In this document: in pieces, positions 18,330-32,678 of the stretch
Numbering within the stretch: the first letter of the stretch is position 1
Layout of the letters: each line of letters opens with the position of its first letter
Source of the DNA: Schmidtea polychroa
Taxonomy: Eukaryota
Reading direction: 5' to 3'
Assembly (NCBI GenBank): GCA_044892525.1
Contig: CM097885.1
Coordinates: 18,602,001 to 18,666,000 of the forward strand
DNA: 64,000 nt
The notes under the pieces: model-generated
Database searches by the model: none
Told to the model about the DNA's origin: nothing
The model's input: the letters and a program-made list of their open reading frames with translations, nothing else
Made by a program: the position numbers and the translations under genes

Positions 18330-20896
18330 TTATATACAAATTAACTTTACCTTGAATTTAAATAAACGGTAAAGTTCTGGATCTTGAATAAGTTCTACCG
18401 GTTCAGGTAACTGTTTAATAGCTGATGCCCAACTTAATCCGGGTATGGAAACAAACGATAGAGCCTCAAGTCCATCTTCGTCAAATGTTTTTTCTCTGAA
18501 AGCTTCAAAAACATCGGCCAATAGAAAAACATCCAGCTTGAGATATACTAGCATGTAATCTAGCAATGTCTCACAGTTGTATTGTTGCCAGATTCGATTT
18601 GCATGTATATAATCTTCTTGACTAACTCCCTCCCAAATCAGTGGTAATTCTGTTATTGACTGTAAAACATCCATTGATGTAGCCATATCATAAGGAACAA
18701 GGGTTTTACAAGTCATCTGTGATTCGAAAACATCTGAGGTCAGTGGAAGACATGGTAAATTTTTTGATAAATTTGCCAAGCTGCTATTTAAAAATTGTAA
18801 AGAATCAATGAATCTAATTCAACTTTTCTGTTGATTGAGGAATAACATTTAAATTCCAATCGGGGAATTTTCCAATTGCATATTTTAATATATGATGAAT
18901 GTCATATCCACGAAGATTGTGAAATACAACAGGTAAAGACGGATTGATTCTTCTAGCCAAGTTGCAATCTTGACATGCTGCTCCGAGATATTGACCAGTA
19001 AAATGATCATGATCTCGAACAGGTAGATTGATAATCTTTTTACAAATGTAGCAATGAGTTTGAGTCGTGAATTCTTCCTGCTGTTCCCAGGTGAGTTCCA
19101 TCATTTCCTTTGATCCATTAGTTTTATACCACGGATAAACTATGTCTGTAGCTATATCATCCAATGCTTGTATAAACTGAATGATACAGTTTTTCCCAAC
19201 AAATGTTTCATTTCGAATCGGATGACCTTGATGAAGAAGCACAAATTCAGATGCAATCGGCTCATGTTTTTGGAAGTGTTTGTCATCTAGAGGTAATATC
19301 GATTCAAAGTCCGCGTACACAACAAACTGCTGTTTTATAGTTTTACTCCAGTCTTTAAATTCGATATATTTATTCTCTGGCATTGAGTATAGAGTCGTAC
19401 GCTCCACATTTCTCCTACAAAGACCTATATGTCTTTCAAAAGCAGGACGTTTTTGAAACCCGTGAAGACACGTATGACACCAATGTGATTAGATTCTGAC
19501 TCCTTCTACTCTATCTCTGTAATTCAGCAGTCGATCGAGATTAGTTACAGCCAAAAATGATAATTTAATTCTAAATTTAGTTAATATTTTTAATGATTAA
19601 AGGGAATATTACCTTCTTCAATCAATAAGAGATATATCTGAGATCCCGTCGAAGTACTTCTATATACCAAGTCAACGAACGGATTCTTGAAAATATCATT
19701 AGTTTTTTGTTTAATTGGATCTTTATTATATTTGAGAACATTGATCGCTAGACTAGGATTCATTGCTTCAAATTGGCAAATGTTAACCAACTTCATCGGA
19801 AACCATTCAAATTTCCATTTTAAGTCTTAAAAACAAAATTCAATGATTTATGACATTTATAAATATATATTACCACTTAAGTTATATTTCATTACTCGTT
19901 CTCTGTGGTGTTTTATGTCATCATAATGTAATACAGCCAGTATGCCATATGAAAAGCAGAATTGATCATTATTTTGAACATTAACTAATGCCTGGCAGTT
20001 TTTCAGGTAATTTGGCGTTTTAATGTAACTTGATCCTGTAAAAAAAAAATTTTATGAATATTTTATATTATGTAAAAACTTACCAGATACGTGTATTATG
20101 TCTGATAATTTAGTTAAAATCATAGTAACTTCTAATATTTTATGAATTCTCCACCCACTACTTTGTTGAGTGTATTTCTCCAACTTTTCTTTTAATTTTT
20201 CAATTCCATCATTAATAAATGAAGATGACATTGTAATTGCTTTATTCGACAAACACCATTTTTTAATTTCACCATCCTCTTTGATAAACTCTGCACAAAG
20301 TCCAAATTGGATTTTTACTGTACCCATTCGTTGAATATGATCTTCTATTTCTTTGATGAGACAATCTGGAACAACAATGTCAGGAGAATTAATTGCAGAT
20401 ACATCGCTTGTCAATTCAACACGAGAACCATTTAAGTCAGACTCCCGACGTGGACACAATTGTATGTTAGAGTCTCCATTTCCGAAAAAATGTTGACTTT
20501 CGTTTTGTGGTGCCAGAGTTTTGTCTAACTATATTTATAATTAATATTAAACAACTTAAATAACATAACTTGTAACATATTCTTTAATCTGCTTAGGATC
20601 GTATGATGTATTCATTTTCGATTGTACTATAAAAATTAATAATTGTTAATAGTAGAAAGAGTATTACTTTTAGTGATCATCCTGCTCTTCGTTTCTTCGA
20701 ATCTTCTAAGATGGTGTCCGTGTTGTCGTACAAACATTAACCACCTACCTGGTGATATAATGAGACATTCCGGACATATGTAACCCGATAAGGTAGAGTC
20801 ATTTATCTTGAAATATGATGATGTAACTGATTTACAGTTCTCCACATCTTCATGACTTTCGGCAATACAAAATTTATATAAACTGCATCCGTTCAC
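18330..20896 (-). pseudogene. Polinton/Maverick-type protein-primed DNA polymerase B, N-terminal half, with short GT-AG introns and frameshifts
   Basis: SGWRI, (spliced) GSSYIKTP..VNVQNNDQFCF, FPMKL..FEAMNP, VVYADFES, RDHDHFTGQYLGAACQDCNL, FHNLRGYD, RFIDSLQF, YLKLDVFLLADVFEAFR. Confidence 0.85.
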
Positions 20897-21020
20897 TAAA
20901 AGAAGATAATCATTAATATTAGATAGAGAATAAAAAATTATTCACTTATATAAGTTAAATTAAAAGTTTAAATGAAAAACATTTGAAAAGTTACTGCTTA
21001 TATATTACACATGATTAAAT

Positions 21021-21218
21021 TCTGACCAATCAAAATCAAGGAAGGGGTAGGAAAAATAAATATATTCTGACCAATCAAGGAAGGGGTAGGAAAAATAAAT
21101 ATATTCTGACCAATCAAGGAAGGGGTAGGAAAAATAAATATATTCTGACCAATCAAGGAAGGGGTAGGAAAAATAAATATATTCTGACCAATCAAGGAAG
21201 GGGTAGGAAAAATAAATG
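21021..21218. repeat. 39-bp tandem repeat (~5 copies) with CCAAT boxes, upstream of the PolB gene
   Basis: Unit CTGACCAATCAAGGAAGGGGTAGGAAAAATAAATATATT. Confidence 0.9.
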
Positions 21219-22454
21219 CATTACGTTGCAGTATTTTAAAACTTCAATATATTTTAAAACACATTTTGACACTAAAGTTTATTTATTTAACATTTTCATA
21301 ATAATTTCAGGAACATTTTTAAGGAACGTTTTTAAAGAAATGATATATTAAAGGGTGATATGACCTCAAGTGGGTGGAATTTCATGAATCTTTGGAGATA
21401 TAGTCGGTTGAATATAAATAAGGGGTAGAATTATTTTTAAAATAGATTAAAATTAAACTTACAAAGTTTTTATATTATGTTTTTTAAAATAATATTTAAG
21501 CTATACAGATCATAAGTTTTATTAAATTTAAGAATTCTAAATTAACATGTTATTCGAATTAATTATGAATTAGTTGCAGAAAACACTAATAAAAATATGA
21601 ACAGTTTTGCGTACAGTGCTAACACATATAGTTACCTAGTCATCGGTATGTTATTACCTTGCTGCAATATTTCTATCATCTTGTTACAATTTGCTTAAAC
21701 ATTTTACAATTGTTGAAATATTTTCAAAATATGTTATTACTTTGTTGCAATTTGATGAAAAATGTTAATACTTTGTCGTAATTTAATGAAAGGTTTCATA
21801 ATTTTGTGGTAATTTAGTGTAAAATATTTATTAAATTGCTGCCATTCACCGAAATATTTTCCTACTTTATTGCAACTTAATGAATACTTTATAACATTAT
21901 TGTAACTTATTGAAAGAGTTCGTTATGTTGTTTTGATTTTTTGTAATATTTTTATTAATTCTGTAACCATTAACTGAAATAATTTATTATTTTACAATAA
22001 TTAGTGATTGAATATAGTTTAAAATACTGCAATAGAAAATTATTTAATTATGTAATGAATTTTACAGTTTTGATATTACTCATATGTAATAAGGATGCAA
22101 TATCAGTGCATGATTTTGATTGGTTGGTATGTGCTTAACCTCTATGACTTGTATGTATTGAATAATAATAGTAATATATGCGTGGTTTAATATATGTATA
22201 CGCATGTGAGTGGGTTTATTGTAATATGTATTAACATCTATTACACTAAGGTCTGTGTGTTACTTGTTGATTCTAAATAATTTACTACCCTTAATCGATT
22301 TATTGATAAATAAAACATGTTGGTTTCTAAATATTTCAATAAAGATGAATGAATAAATGAAAAAGATACATATTTGTTTAAAAAGATGTGTAAATTCAAA
22401 AATGGTGTACTAAAAATAAAATTTCAGATTTTTGATTACATCATAGTCTCATTC

Positions 22455-22892
22455 TATAGAGAATTAAATTTCAAGTATATTGACATAAAACATTCTTATA
22501 AAAAATCAAAATTTATGACGCAATCAATGATTTTAATAAATTTTCAAATTATTACATAATCGACGAATTAAATAAATTAAATTATTACGCAATCGACAAT
22601 TAAAACAAAAATTGAAATTATTACATAATCAGTGAATTAAACAAAATTAAAATGATTATATAATCGATAATTAAATGAAAATTAAAAACATTACGTAACC
22701 AACGACCTAAACAAAAAATTAAATTATTACACAATCAACGATTAAAACAAAATTTTAAATTTTCAAAAAAAAGTAGGTGGGGGGGTATTTTAAAATTTTT
22801 TTAAAAAAAGTAGGAGGGGTCTTTTAAAAATTAAAAAAAATAGGGGGGTAGCTAGAGGATACATGGATCTGGAGGACACATAACTATCTACT
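22455..22892 (-). repeat. Polinton-like terminal fragment with ~33-bp subterminal repeats; second copy at ~27418-27604
   Basis: Both copies end ...ACTATCTACT (AGTAGATAGT on the minus strand) after a G-run and CATGGATCTGGAG; ATTACATAATCGA-type repeats. Confidence 0.5.
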
Positions 22893-23519
22893 TTTATGAT
22901 CAATTCTCTATAATAATTATTTACTATAGAGAATTTAAACTATATAGTTTGAATAATAAATGCGACAACTAAATTTAAGGTGATTTACTTATTTGTAACT
23001 ACTTTATAATAAAAATGACAATAATAAAAAATTTGACAACACCCTACATGTACCATTTTAAGAAATGCAAATAAATTCCAATCGAATGAAGAGAAGTACA
23101 AACAGGGCTGAATATATTTTAGGTCCTAAATGAAATGAAATGAAATTATTTTATTTATATAAAAATGATACAAGGATTTAGATTCCTGAAAACTAAACTA
23201 ACCAATTATTGGAGTATCAACAGGTATCCTATTTCCAAAAGCAAGAATCCTTTACAGTCATAAATTGGCAATAAAGTATACATTTTCCATACTTCATTAA
23301 AATGTGAACAATTTGTTGCTTGAAAGCGATCCACATGCTCAAGATAATCAAAGTCCCGTACTAATTGTCCAATAACGATTAAAATATTAGATTCTACCTT
23401 TATTAAGTAATCAAAATCCCTTATCGCTTTCAAACGATTAAAAAAGTAAATAGGCTATGAAATGATCGTCAGAGGTTATATTTAGAGGACCTTTTTAGAT
23501 TTTTCAGTTTAATGGTATA

Positions 23520-23586
23520 TAGGTTTGCCACCTCTCTCTCCGGGTTATTGTCTCCGGGTAGACCCAGATCTGAGGTGGCAACCCTA
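23520..23586. mobile_element. 67-bp hAT-type micro-MITE
   Basis: TAGGTTTGCCACCTC ... GAGGTGGCAACCCTA with 8-bp TSD ATGGTATA. Confidence 0.85.
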
Positions 23587-26500
23587 ATGGTATATCCGAC
23601 ATTTGGTACAAGTAAATTTCAAACGGAATGTATAGAAATTTGTGTGTTGCATATCTGCCATTTACCATCAATATTTATTTATAATTCCTTCCTATAAAGA
23701 TGATTGAACATTAGAAAATATTTAATAAATAATCCTCCGATTAGCTTGACTAGCTTTTTCCAAACTTTGATCCTAAATAAAAATATTTCTCGCATATTTT
23801 AATAAAAAAACAAATATAATTTTATACTACTATCAAAGACATCATACCCCATTAATTCCTTTCATGTCGAATGATAGATAAATTGTAAAAAGATTGAATA
23901 TTTCCCGAAAACATTAATAAACAGTGACAAAATTGTCTCCCATGACTAAGGCAATTAAAATAGATCCCAAACAAAAATAATTGAATTTATCATCACTTTG
24001 TAATTAGTAAACATTATTAATTTTTTGAAAACAAATTTTACAGTTGGAAAATAATTTCAAGCATTTATTAATGTTAAATTTTCACATGAAAATAATTTCA
24101 GGTGGAAAAAATTGAAATTTCACGAAATCTAAGTAAAAGTTTTTAATTAAAATTTAGTTATTTTAAATCAATTGTAAAAATTGTTTTAATTTGTGAATTT
24201 TTAAATTAAACAAAATTGCAATTTTGGTGTGAAATTTTACATTTTGATTTGTTTCATTTTTTTTGTTTCATTTTTTATTCCACAAAAGGGAATAATTATC
24301 AACTAAAACAAAATTAAATATTTTATTTACAAAATTATTTACAACTGAATTAGTTAAATTAAAGACGATTAATAAATAAATTTCGAAACGATGAAATAGA
24401 TGTAATTTTTTTGTAACAGGTACAAAATAAAAACAGAAAGCACAAATACTAAGTGCAAATCAATAAAAACATTAAAATTCAAAAATAATTAAAGTGCCAA
24501 AATTAATTAAAAATTAATATTTTACTAAGAAAGAGATAATTAAAAATTACAAATTAAATATCAATTAATGACTTAATGAAAAAAACTGGGGAAATGGGAC
24601 ACATGACCAGTGTGAGAAATTCAGATTGTCAACAAAATGACTAAATTATTCACAAACAAAATAATAGTAAGAAAAGCCCGAGATAAAGAAGGAATCCGCC
24701 TTTTTAGTGAATTGATGGAATTACCCAAAAATAAATTAATTGAATGGCAGCTTCAAGACAGGACAAAATCGTTCAAATTGGTATCAAATTGATGTTGTGT
24801 CGAAAGTCCGAGGAGCTGTAACCGAAATTAATAATTTCGAGAGGAGTCTGACAATAAGCATATCAAAATGAAAAGTAGATCTAATTAAAACAGCAGTGGC
24901 CAAATGCTGCCCGCCAAATGATTTGAATTTTACAAAAAAATGTATGTAACTAATAAAATATAAAATACTAAATTTGCTCATAAAGTTCATATGCAATTTT
25001 ACAATTTTTTACATAAGTACTACTCGTATATATACATTTACATTTACATAAGTCCATTTACATATATATTTTTTAGTGAATATTTTTTTCTTATGCTCAC
25101 ATATTTGCATTTTGCATATATATTATATACAATGTATTCTTCATTTTCATATTGAAACTAAACTTTTAAATGTGGTTGACTTTTTATGCGGCTCGCCTGT
25201 CTTCAAAATATTTAGCATGCGGCATAGATGATGCAAAATGTTAAACACGCACGAATTAAGAGAACAATATAAAATGTAGAAACGAGTTTGTATATAAGTA
25301 GATATAAGATATCTCATGGGGAAACGTATCCCTAAGCGAGAAAATTGAAAATCGTTCTAGTTCTAAAATCGTTTTCAAGTGAAAAAGGCAGTGCCGAAAA
25401 TTTGTGAATATCAAAAACATCGATATGTTTACTGATTCATAGTCAAGTTTTTTTAATAAATACAATGTTAATGAAAAAGAAATCAGTTGTGAAAATTAAA
25501 AATTATTTTTAAAAATTTTTATTTTAATAATATTTTGAATAAAAAGAAACTATTTCATTTATTATGCATTTCAGGTCATTTATGAATTATTTTCAAAAAG
25601 ATAAAATTTATTAAATATTTTTGCATGTCTCCTAAAATGTAATTTTTCACTAATGATTTTGGAAAGATTTCTTTTATGTGGTTGTAGTCTTATTGTAGTC
25701 TCTCATCCCTTGACTTCAATCAATTCTTTTATCGAGTTCTGAATACCAAACGAATTTTACTTCAAATTTAATTTTTCAATTGTAATTTACATTTTTCGAT
25801 GTTTTCTTCTATATTTGTCATAATTTTCGCTAATCTAACACATTTTATAAATTTATGTTTGGTAAACATGAAGTATGAGATTTTACTTTTGTGTTTTGTT
25901 TATTCGCATTAGTAACAAGACAATGTAAACAAGCAACAAATTAAATCAAACTCGCAAATAAAACATCAAGTATAAAACATGAGTAAATAATTAAAAAAAT
26001 TACAAAATAATTAATAAACTCGAAAAATAGAATAAATTATTAATAGAAGCAAATATTATATATAATCACAAAAATCAAAACAAACAAATGTGCTTTTGTG
26101 TATATTTTATTATGGAGTTATTATGTTAGATGTATGTATGTTTTTATTTTATTTTTCTTACCAAAAATATATTACTTCTCCTTTATTGTATGCGCACATA
26201 ATTAATGTCTTCATTTCAATTGGGTGTGTATTTTCTCCAACATATAAATTATTTATATATTATTGTAGACCTTGTTTTTTGTCTTTTCAGACCGTAATTG
26301 ATGACCTTAGGTGTAAACAAATTTGTTAAGTGTATATGTATGTGGGATTTTTGCAGTATCATTAATCTACTTATATTATAAACACATCAATGGACATTAA
26401 TTAATGCCTAATTGGAACTTTAATGACTAATGTTGGCATACAAAAATTGCATTACAAATTTTTTCATTGTTTTAACAGTTGCTTGCTATTATATGTTATA

Positions 26501-28196
26501 TATATTCTGGTTTGTTGATAGTTTTGTTTTAACGTGGTTAATATTTATTAATATAATTTTTCTATCAGTGTATTATGAACAATATAATAAATTATTAAAG
26601 ATTAATGTAATGTATAAAAGGCTCTATCAAACTTCCGTTTGAAATAGATCAAACGTAATCTAAAAGGATCTAGTTTTCTTTCTTTGAACTGATATTTTCC
26701 AATCATAACTAATATTTCAAAATAAGAAAAATGAATGTTTTTGAAATGAGTTTATAACTATTTCTAAATAATATTAGGAAACCCACTATTGTTATATCCG
26801 GCAAGAGTCAGGCTAAACAATGGATCCCTATTGTAACTGTTATCATCCTTGACATCAACTGAGAGTAAATTGCAAGCACTATATTATCACTATAGAGTTT
26901 TGTTTTTTCCATTTGTTTTCGAATTCTTTTCTACTTTAACAAAGATCTTAAAATAGACTTGTTTATTTATATCAGAATTGACATTGTTAGGTGTAAATGC
27001 ATAATTTTTATTATTCAAACCCTTCACTTTGAAACTGGAGCCAAGTTTACTATTTTGAATAAAATAAAGATAATAGCACTAATAAATAATATGATCTATT
27101 AATCTGTAAACAATTTTTAGTCACAAAATTTCAAAATCCTTAATATTTGAGTAGTGGAGGTTAGAGCTTATCTACATATATCAATGTAATGAAACAAAAA
27201 CCCTTAAACACCTTTCAATGACAAAAAATCATTTTTTAAATATGTTTATTATTATTTCAATTTTAAATTGTTTAAAAAACCTTATCGATGTTTTTCATCA
27301 TAAATAACTTGTGATCTTATTGGCATAAGTTTTGTGGAACAACTAAAAGTGATTGCGTAACGGATATGCTACATTTGATATTTTTATTTCCAAAAGCAAC
27401 GTCATAGGCCCATTTAATAGAGAATTTAATTTCAAGTATATTGACATGAAAAAATTAAAATTTTATGGCGTAATCAACGATTTAAACAAAGTTAAAATTA
27501 TTACATAATCGATAATTAAAACAAAATTTAAAATTAAAAAAAAGTAGGGGGGGTAATCTAGATCTGGAAAGCACATGGATCTGGAGTGCACAATACTATC
27601 TACTTTAAATACAACTGTCAAAAGCAACGATTAATTTGACCACAAGTTTGGTTGCATTTTTTATTATAGAAATTTGTGGGAAAAGAAAATTTATTTATCT
27701 CATTAAGTTAGAATCTTTCACCTGGTTTTATGGATTAAACTCAAGTTGGTATGTAAACCAATAAATGAGTCATCATTTGCCAGAAATTATTTCTTTTCAA
27801 TTTAAAGTTAGTTTTAATAATTTTTAACTTAAATTTACTTTTTTTATATTATTCTCCACATATTTTCATTTTATTTATGCATTTTAAGAAAAAATAATGT
27901 TTTGAGATTTTTATATTGACTTTTATAAGTTTATCTGAATATGTAAATTATAGAGAAAAAATTAACTTTTTGGTATTAATAATAACATTTAAAAATAAAA
28001 TTCGTCTACATAATTTATTATTTTGTACCTGTATTTACTAAAGTTGAATTCAATAACATTTTAGGCATTAAATTTTAAATTTTATCTGTTATTGTTCCCT
28101 CAAAAATAAAAATTTTAAATGTTATTATTCTACAACATTTCTACGTATCAAAAGTTTACATGTATTTTTTATAGCGTTCAATTTATTTTTTTACTA

Positions 28197-29142
28197 CACC
28201 TAATTCCAAATGTTAAAGGTCTTTATAAAACACGTTGGTGTGTTCTTCAGTTGATGACTCCACCATTTATGAGAATGTGAAGTTATTTACTTCATTTCAT
28301 TTATTCAATTTTACAAGTAAGTTTTTTAATTTAATTAACTTTTAAGGTTTGAATTTTGATTTTATAAAATTATGAAATCACTATTCAAGCTTTTAAATGT
28401 TACTTGTAGTCAATATTTTGATTATAAATTATTTTTAATTAATTTTCAGGTTTTTTTAGAAGTTTTATAACTATGAATTTATTTGGAATTATTTCGATAA
28501 AATGTAAGTTAGATTAATATTTTTAACTATGAATAAATAAAGAAATCACCAAAAAACATTTATTTTTTTAAGACATTTAAGAAAGAAGCGGAGTAGTTTT
28601 TTAAGTTTTTGTAATGTTCTTTATCCAGCTCATTTATATGGCGAATTTTGTCATTTTATGTAATTCTATGAAATTATTATTTTTTTCTACAAGTTATAAA
28701 AATTTACGATTTTCGAATTTTTTTCCAGAAAAATATCTAAACATCTAAAGAAATAATAACTTCAAAAATATTTTATAAATAGATTTTACGATGTTTTGTC
28801 GTCCTTTTATCGAAAACTCAAAGTAGAGTTGTCCGATTGAAAATCCAAAATTTTTTCTGCCATGAATTTTAATATATTAAAAATAATGATATGTTAACAA
28901 TATGTTAATGACTTTCTACTTTCGGAATAAAAAAAGCTATATTAAATTTACGTGTATTTTATATTATGTGTGCTGTGTTTGTATGTAAAATTATTTTTCT
29001 GTCACTTTCTCAATTCCTATAATAAAACTTTTAACATTCGGAACATTAAATTTTTGCACACAGGTAAGTTTGTGTGTTGCTATAGTATAATTTTATCGAG
29101 TTTTTTTAGATTATAGAAACTTTTATATTCTGGATTTAGGTG
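28197..29142. mobile_element. Non-autonomous TA-flanked TIR element (family member 2)
   Basis: TA|CACCTAATTCCA ... TGGATTTAGGTG|TA; internal blocks shared with 11654-12840. Confidence 0.7.
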
Positions 29143-30061
29143 TACTTGCTAAATTTCTATATACACCCGGTTACACGTGATACCGTTTTGGTAGTGTGTT
29201 TTATAAGTTTAAGGCCATTTTATCACGTCATTTTACATTATATTTTTCTTTGATTTAAAGTAATTTTGATGAAAATGGTTACGTATAAATGTTATGTAAT
29301 AAATTAATTATTTTTAATTATTTATACTTGTTTTTTAGGTATGATTTTTCTTATGAAAATATGAATTAAGTAAGTAAATTATTTATTAGTTAATGAAAAA
29401 AATTATAATTAAAAAATAAATTCATAATTCATTATTTTAAAATAATTTATTTATAGATGTATATAAATTCCAAATGTTTACTTAGCCTTTATTGTACTTT
29501 TTGTTTACCCGAAATATTTCCCGTGTCACTAAACACTTTATTTCATTATGGGATTGGGCAACAACATTATGGAGGATAATATCTACAACTCCCAAAATAC
29601 TCTAATTAAAATTTCTCTCAAGTGAAAATAGACTGCCAACAAATATTATGTAGGCATTTTTTGTTTTATTTATTGCAATTGAAATAATTGCAGGTCTCTC
29701 ATAATATCTGATAATTACTTTGTCTCCGATGAAATGCCTGACTTAGTATTTTTGTTTTATTTTATTTTTTTATTTCCATTCCCATAAATACTTTCAGTTC
29801 ACTTGACGCTTGTTTCACCTAATTAAATTAATTTTCGTGAAATTTCCAGAACACTGAATAATATTTTGACAAAAATAACTTCTGAAAAATAATATTTTCT
29901 CTTAATTTTTCTTGTAACATTAATATTTTTGTAAAATAATGAAATATGAATAATCAATTTAAATATCAAATTTCTCTAGTTTTCTAAATCGAGAAAATTT
30001 AACATAATGCCAACCAATTTTTTTTTACAATAAAATTTTGTGTAATCCCAAAATAAAAATA

Positions 30062-30409
<348 letters not shown>

Positions 30410-31545
30410 CTGTAAAATCCTTTAATGAATTTTCTTGTTTATTTTCTGACAATAGAATTATTTGTTCAAGTTGTAGATTTGTATGATTTTAGGATGAAAA
30501 AAGAGATAATTCGAGAACTAGTCAAGCTAAAAATTAAACATTAATGTGACAGTATTTACAGTGTCTCATACCTAACAAAAATTGACATTATTTAAAAAAA
30601 AACTATTGTAACATTTTATTTATTTTACAACTATCTATTTTCATTTGGAAAAGATTAATTTTGATCTTTTTTTAATCATGATCTCACTGTGCTTGTCTAT
30701 GGTTTATTGATTTCTATGAGAATCATTAATTATTTTAGAATTTCTCTAGGATTTTTAGAATTTTCTCAGAATTTCTTTTGTAATTAGAAAATCAATTAAA
30801 AATAATATTAGAGTTTTAATATAACTTTGATAATTAATTTCAATATGTTTTGTGTTACTTAATAATTTTATTACCCTTTTTCGAACGGCTACGGTATTAC
30901 ACAGGCAACTGCTCTCGAGAAATGTGTCATATTTCTATTAGTCTGTGAATGCGCGCATATACTAAATAGTTATTCTGACGTGAGAGGTTATGTTATTAGT
31001 GAATATTGGATCACTTTATTAATCATTAATATTTCCATAAATTTTTAATGTTAAAAAAATGTCGTGGGAATGAAAACGGCCACTAAGTGATAATGAAATT
31101 TAAAGGTTGCTTTCTGAAAGTGATAATGATCATATTTCGGAAGAATTATAAGTAGAGGGATAGCGGCCCACTAAACCAGCGGCCCTCTGGGACAAAGACA
31201 TACCCCCACCCCCCTGCCATTTAAAATTTTTTTTTTCAAGGTCAAATTTTAAACAAAGACATATGACCCACCAAGGTCATTGAAACAAAGACCATGACTC
31301 ATCCAATGACTCATTCAAGGTCATATGACTCATCCGATGACTCATTCAAGGTCATATGACTCATCCGATGAGTCATGCTAAATTTTTTTAAATTTAAATT
31401 CTCATAGTTCCCGCCAATGGTTTTTATTATTTAATAGCTCATTCGAAAGGTATTTGAATGGTGAGTATTTGAGACCATCGAAGGTCTATGGAGGTTCAAT
31501 AACCTTCAAAGAGTTCAATGGTATTGGTTACACTCAACATCTCAC

Positions 31546-31687
<142 letters not shown>

Positions 31688-31701
31688 ATTATTATTATTA
31701 A

Positions 31702-31752
<51 letters not shown>

Positions 31753-32331
31753 TCCGAGTTTATTCGACAAAATATTTTGTCCCCCTATGGGTAATGCTCA
31801 CAAGGGTACTGCTCACACTCAACAAGTCACAAGGGTATTATTAAACAAATCAACAAAACATACATTTATTTAAACAATAAAATAATGTAAAATTAGCAAA
31901 GGTAAACTAAATATTGATGTACTAGTATTCGCAGCAATATTGTTTGAAATTGGTAACGTTGAATTGATTTTCAGATATTCTATTGGTCCTTTGATTGTTT
32001 GAATTTCTCTTACTAATAATTCGATCTTTTTTAACAAATAATCATGCTTCTTATCAATAATTTTCATATTCTTTTTATTTTCAACAATAGAGTTATTGAA
32101 AACTTCAATATGATCGATCAATTTAATTTTTATATTTTGTATATATGCAAATGATAGTTCATAACTGTTTTCTAAATTCTCCAATCTTTGAGATATTCTT
32201 TTTCCTGGATGCTTTGACCATTTTGGTTTGTCGTCAAACAAAGGTATACTCTGAGTTTATCCGACAAGATATTTTGTCTCCTTATGGTTATTGCTCACAA
32301 CCGTATTGGTTACACTCAACATCTCATAATG

Positions 32332-32377
<46 letters not shown>

Positions 32378-32678
32378 TATTACTTATTTTTATTATTATT
32401 ATTATTAACATCATTATTATTATCATTATTATTATTATTTAAAAATGTATAAAATTGAAACTATCACAAGTTTTCAAAATACCAATAAAAATGAAAATGA
32501 CCATATTAAAAGTAGTTATCATTACTAATAATAAAAATGTTTAAACTTGAAAATTATCACATGTTTTCAATATAACAATAAAAATGCAAATATTAAAAGA
32601 TGTTATTATTACGATTATTAAAAATGATTAAACTTGAAAACTATCACAAGTTTTTAATACACCAATAAAAATGAACAC

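Larger units (their letters stand above)
15341..21803. repeat. Inverted repeat pair (~15341-15946, with a ~250-bp insertion, vs ~21432-21803) bracketing the solo LTR and the intron-containing PolB
   Basis: For example TTCTGCAACTAATTCATAATTAATTCGAATAACATG and CATACCGATGACTAGGTAACT are present in both orientations. Confidence 0.75.

Noticed and set aside
20998..21218. 39-bp repeat array as a CRISPR-like locus or repeat protein
   Set aside because: Head-to-tail identical units with no unique spacers, in a eukaryotic context.
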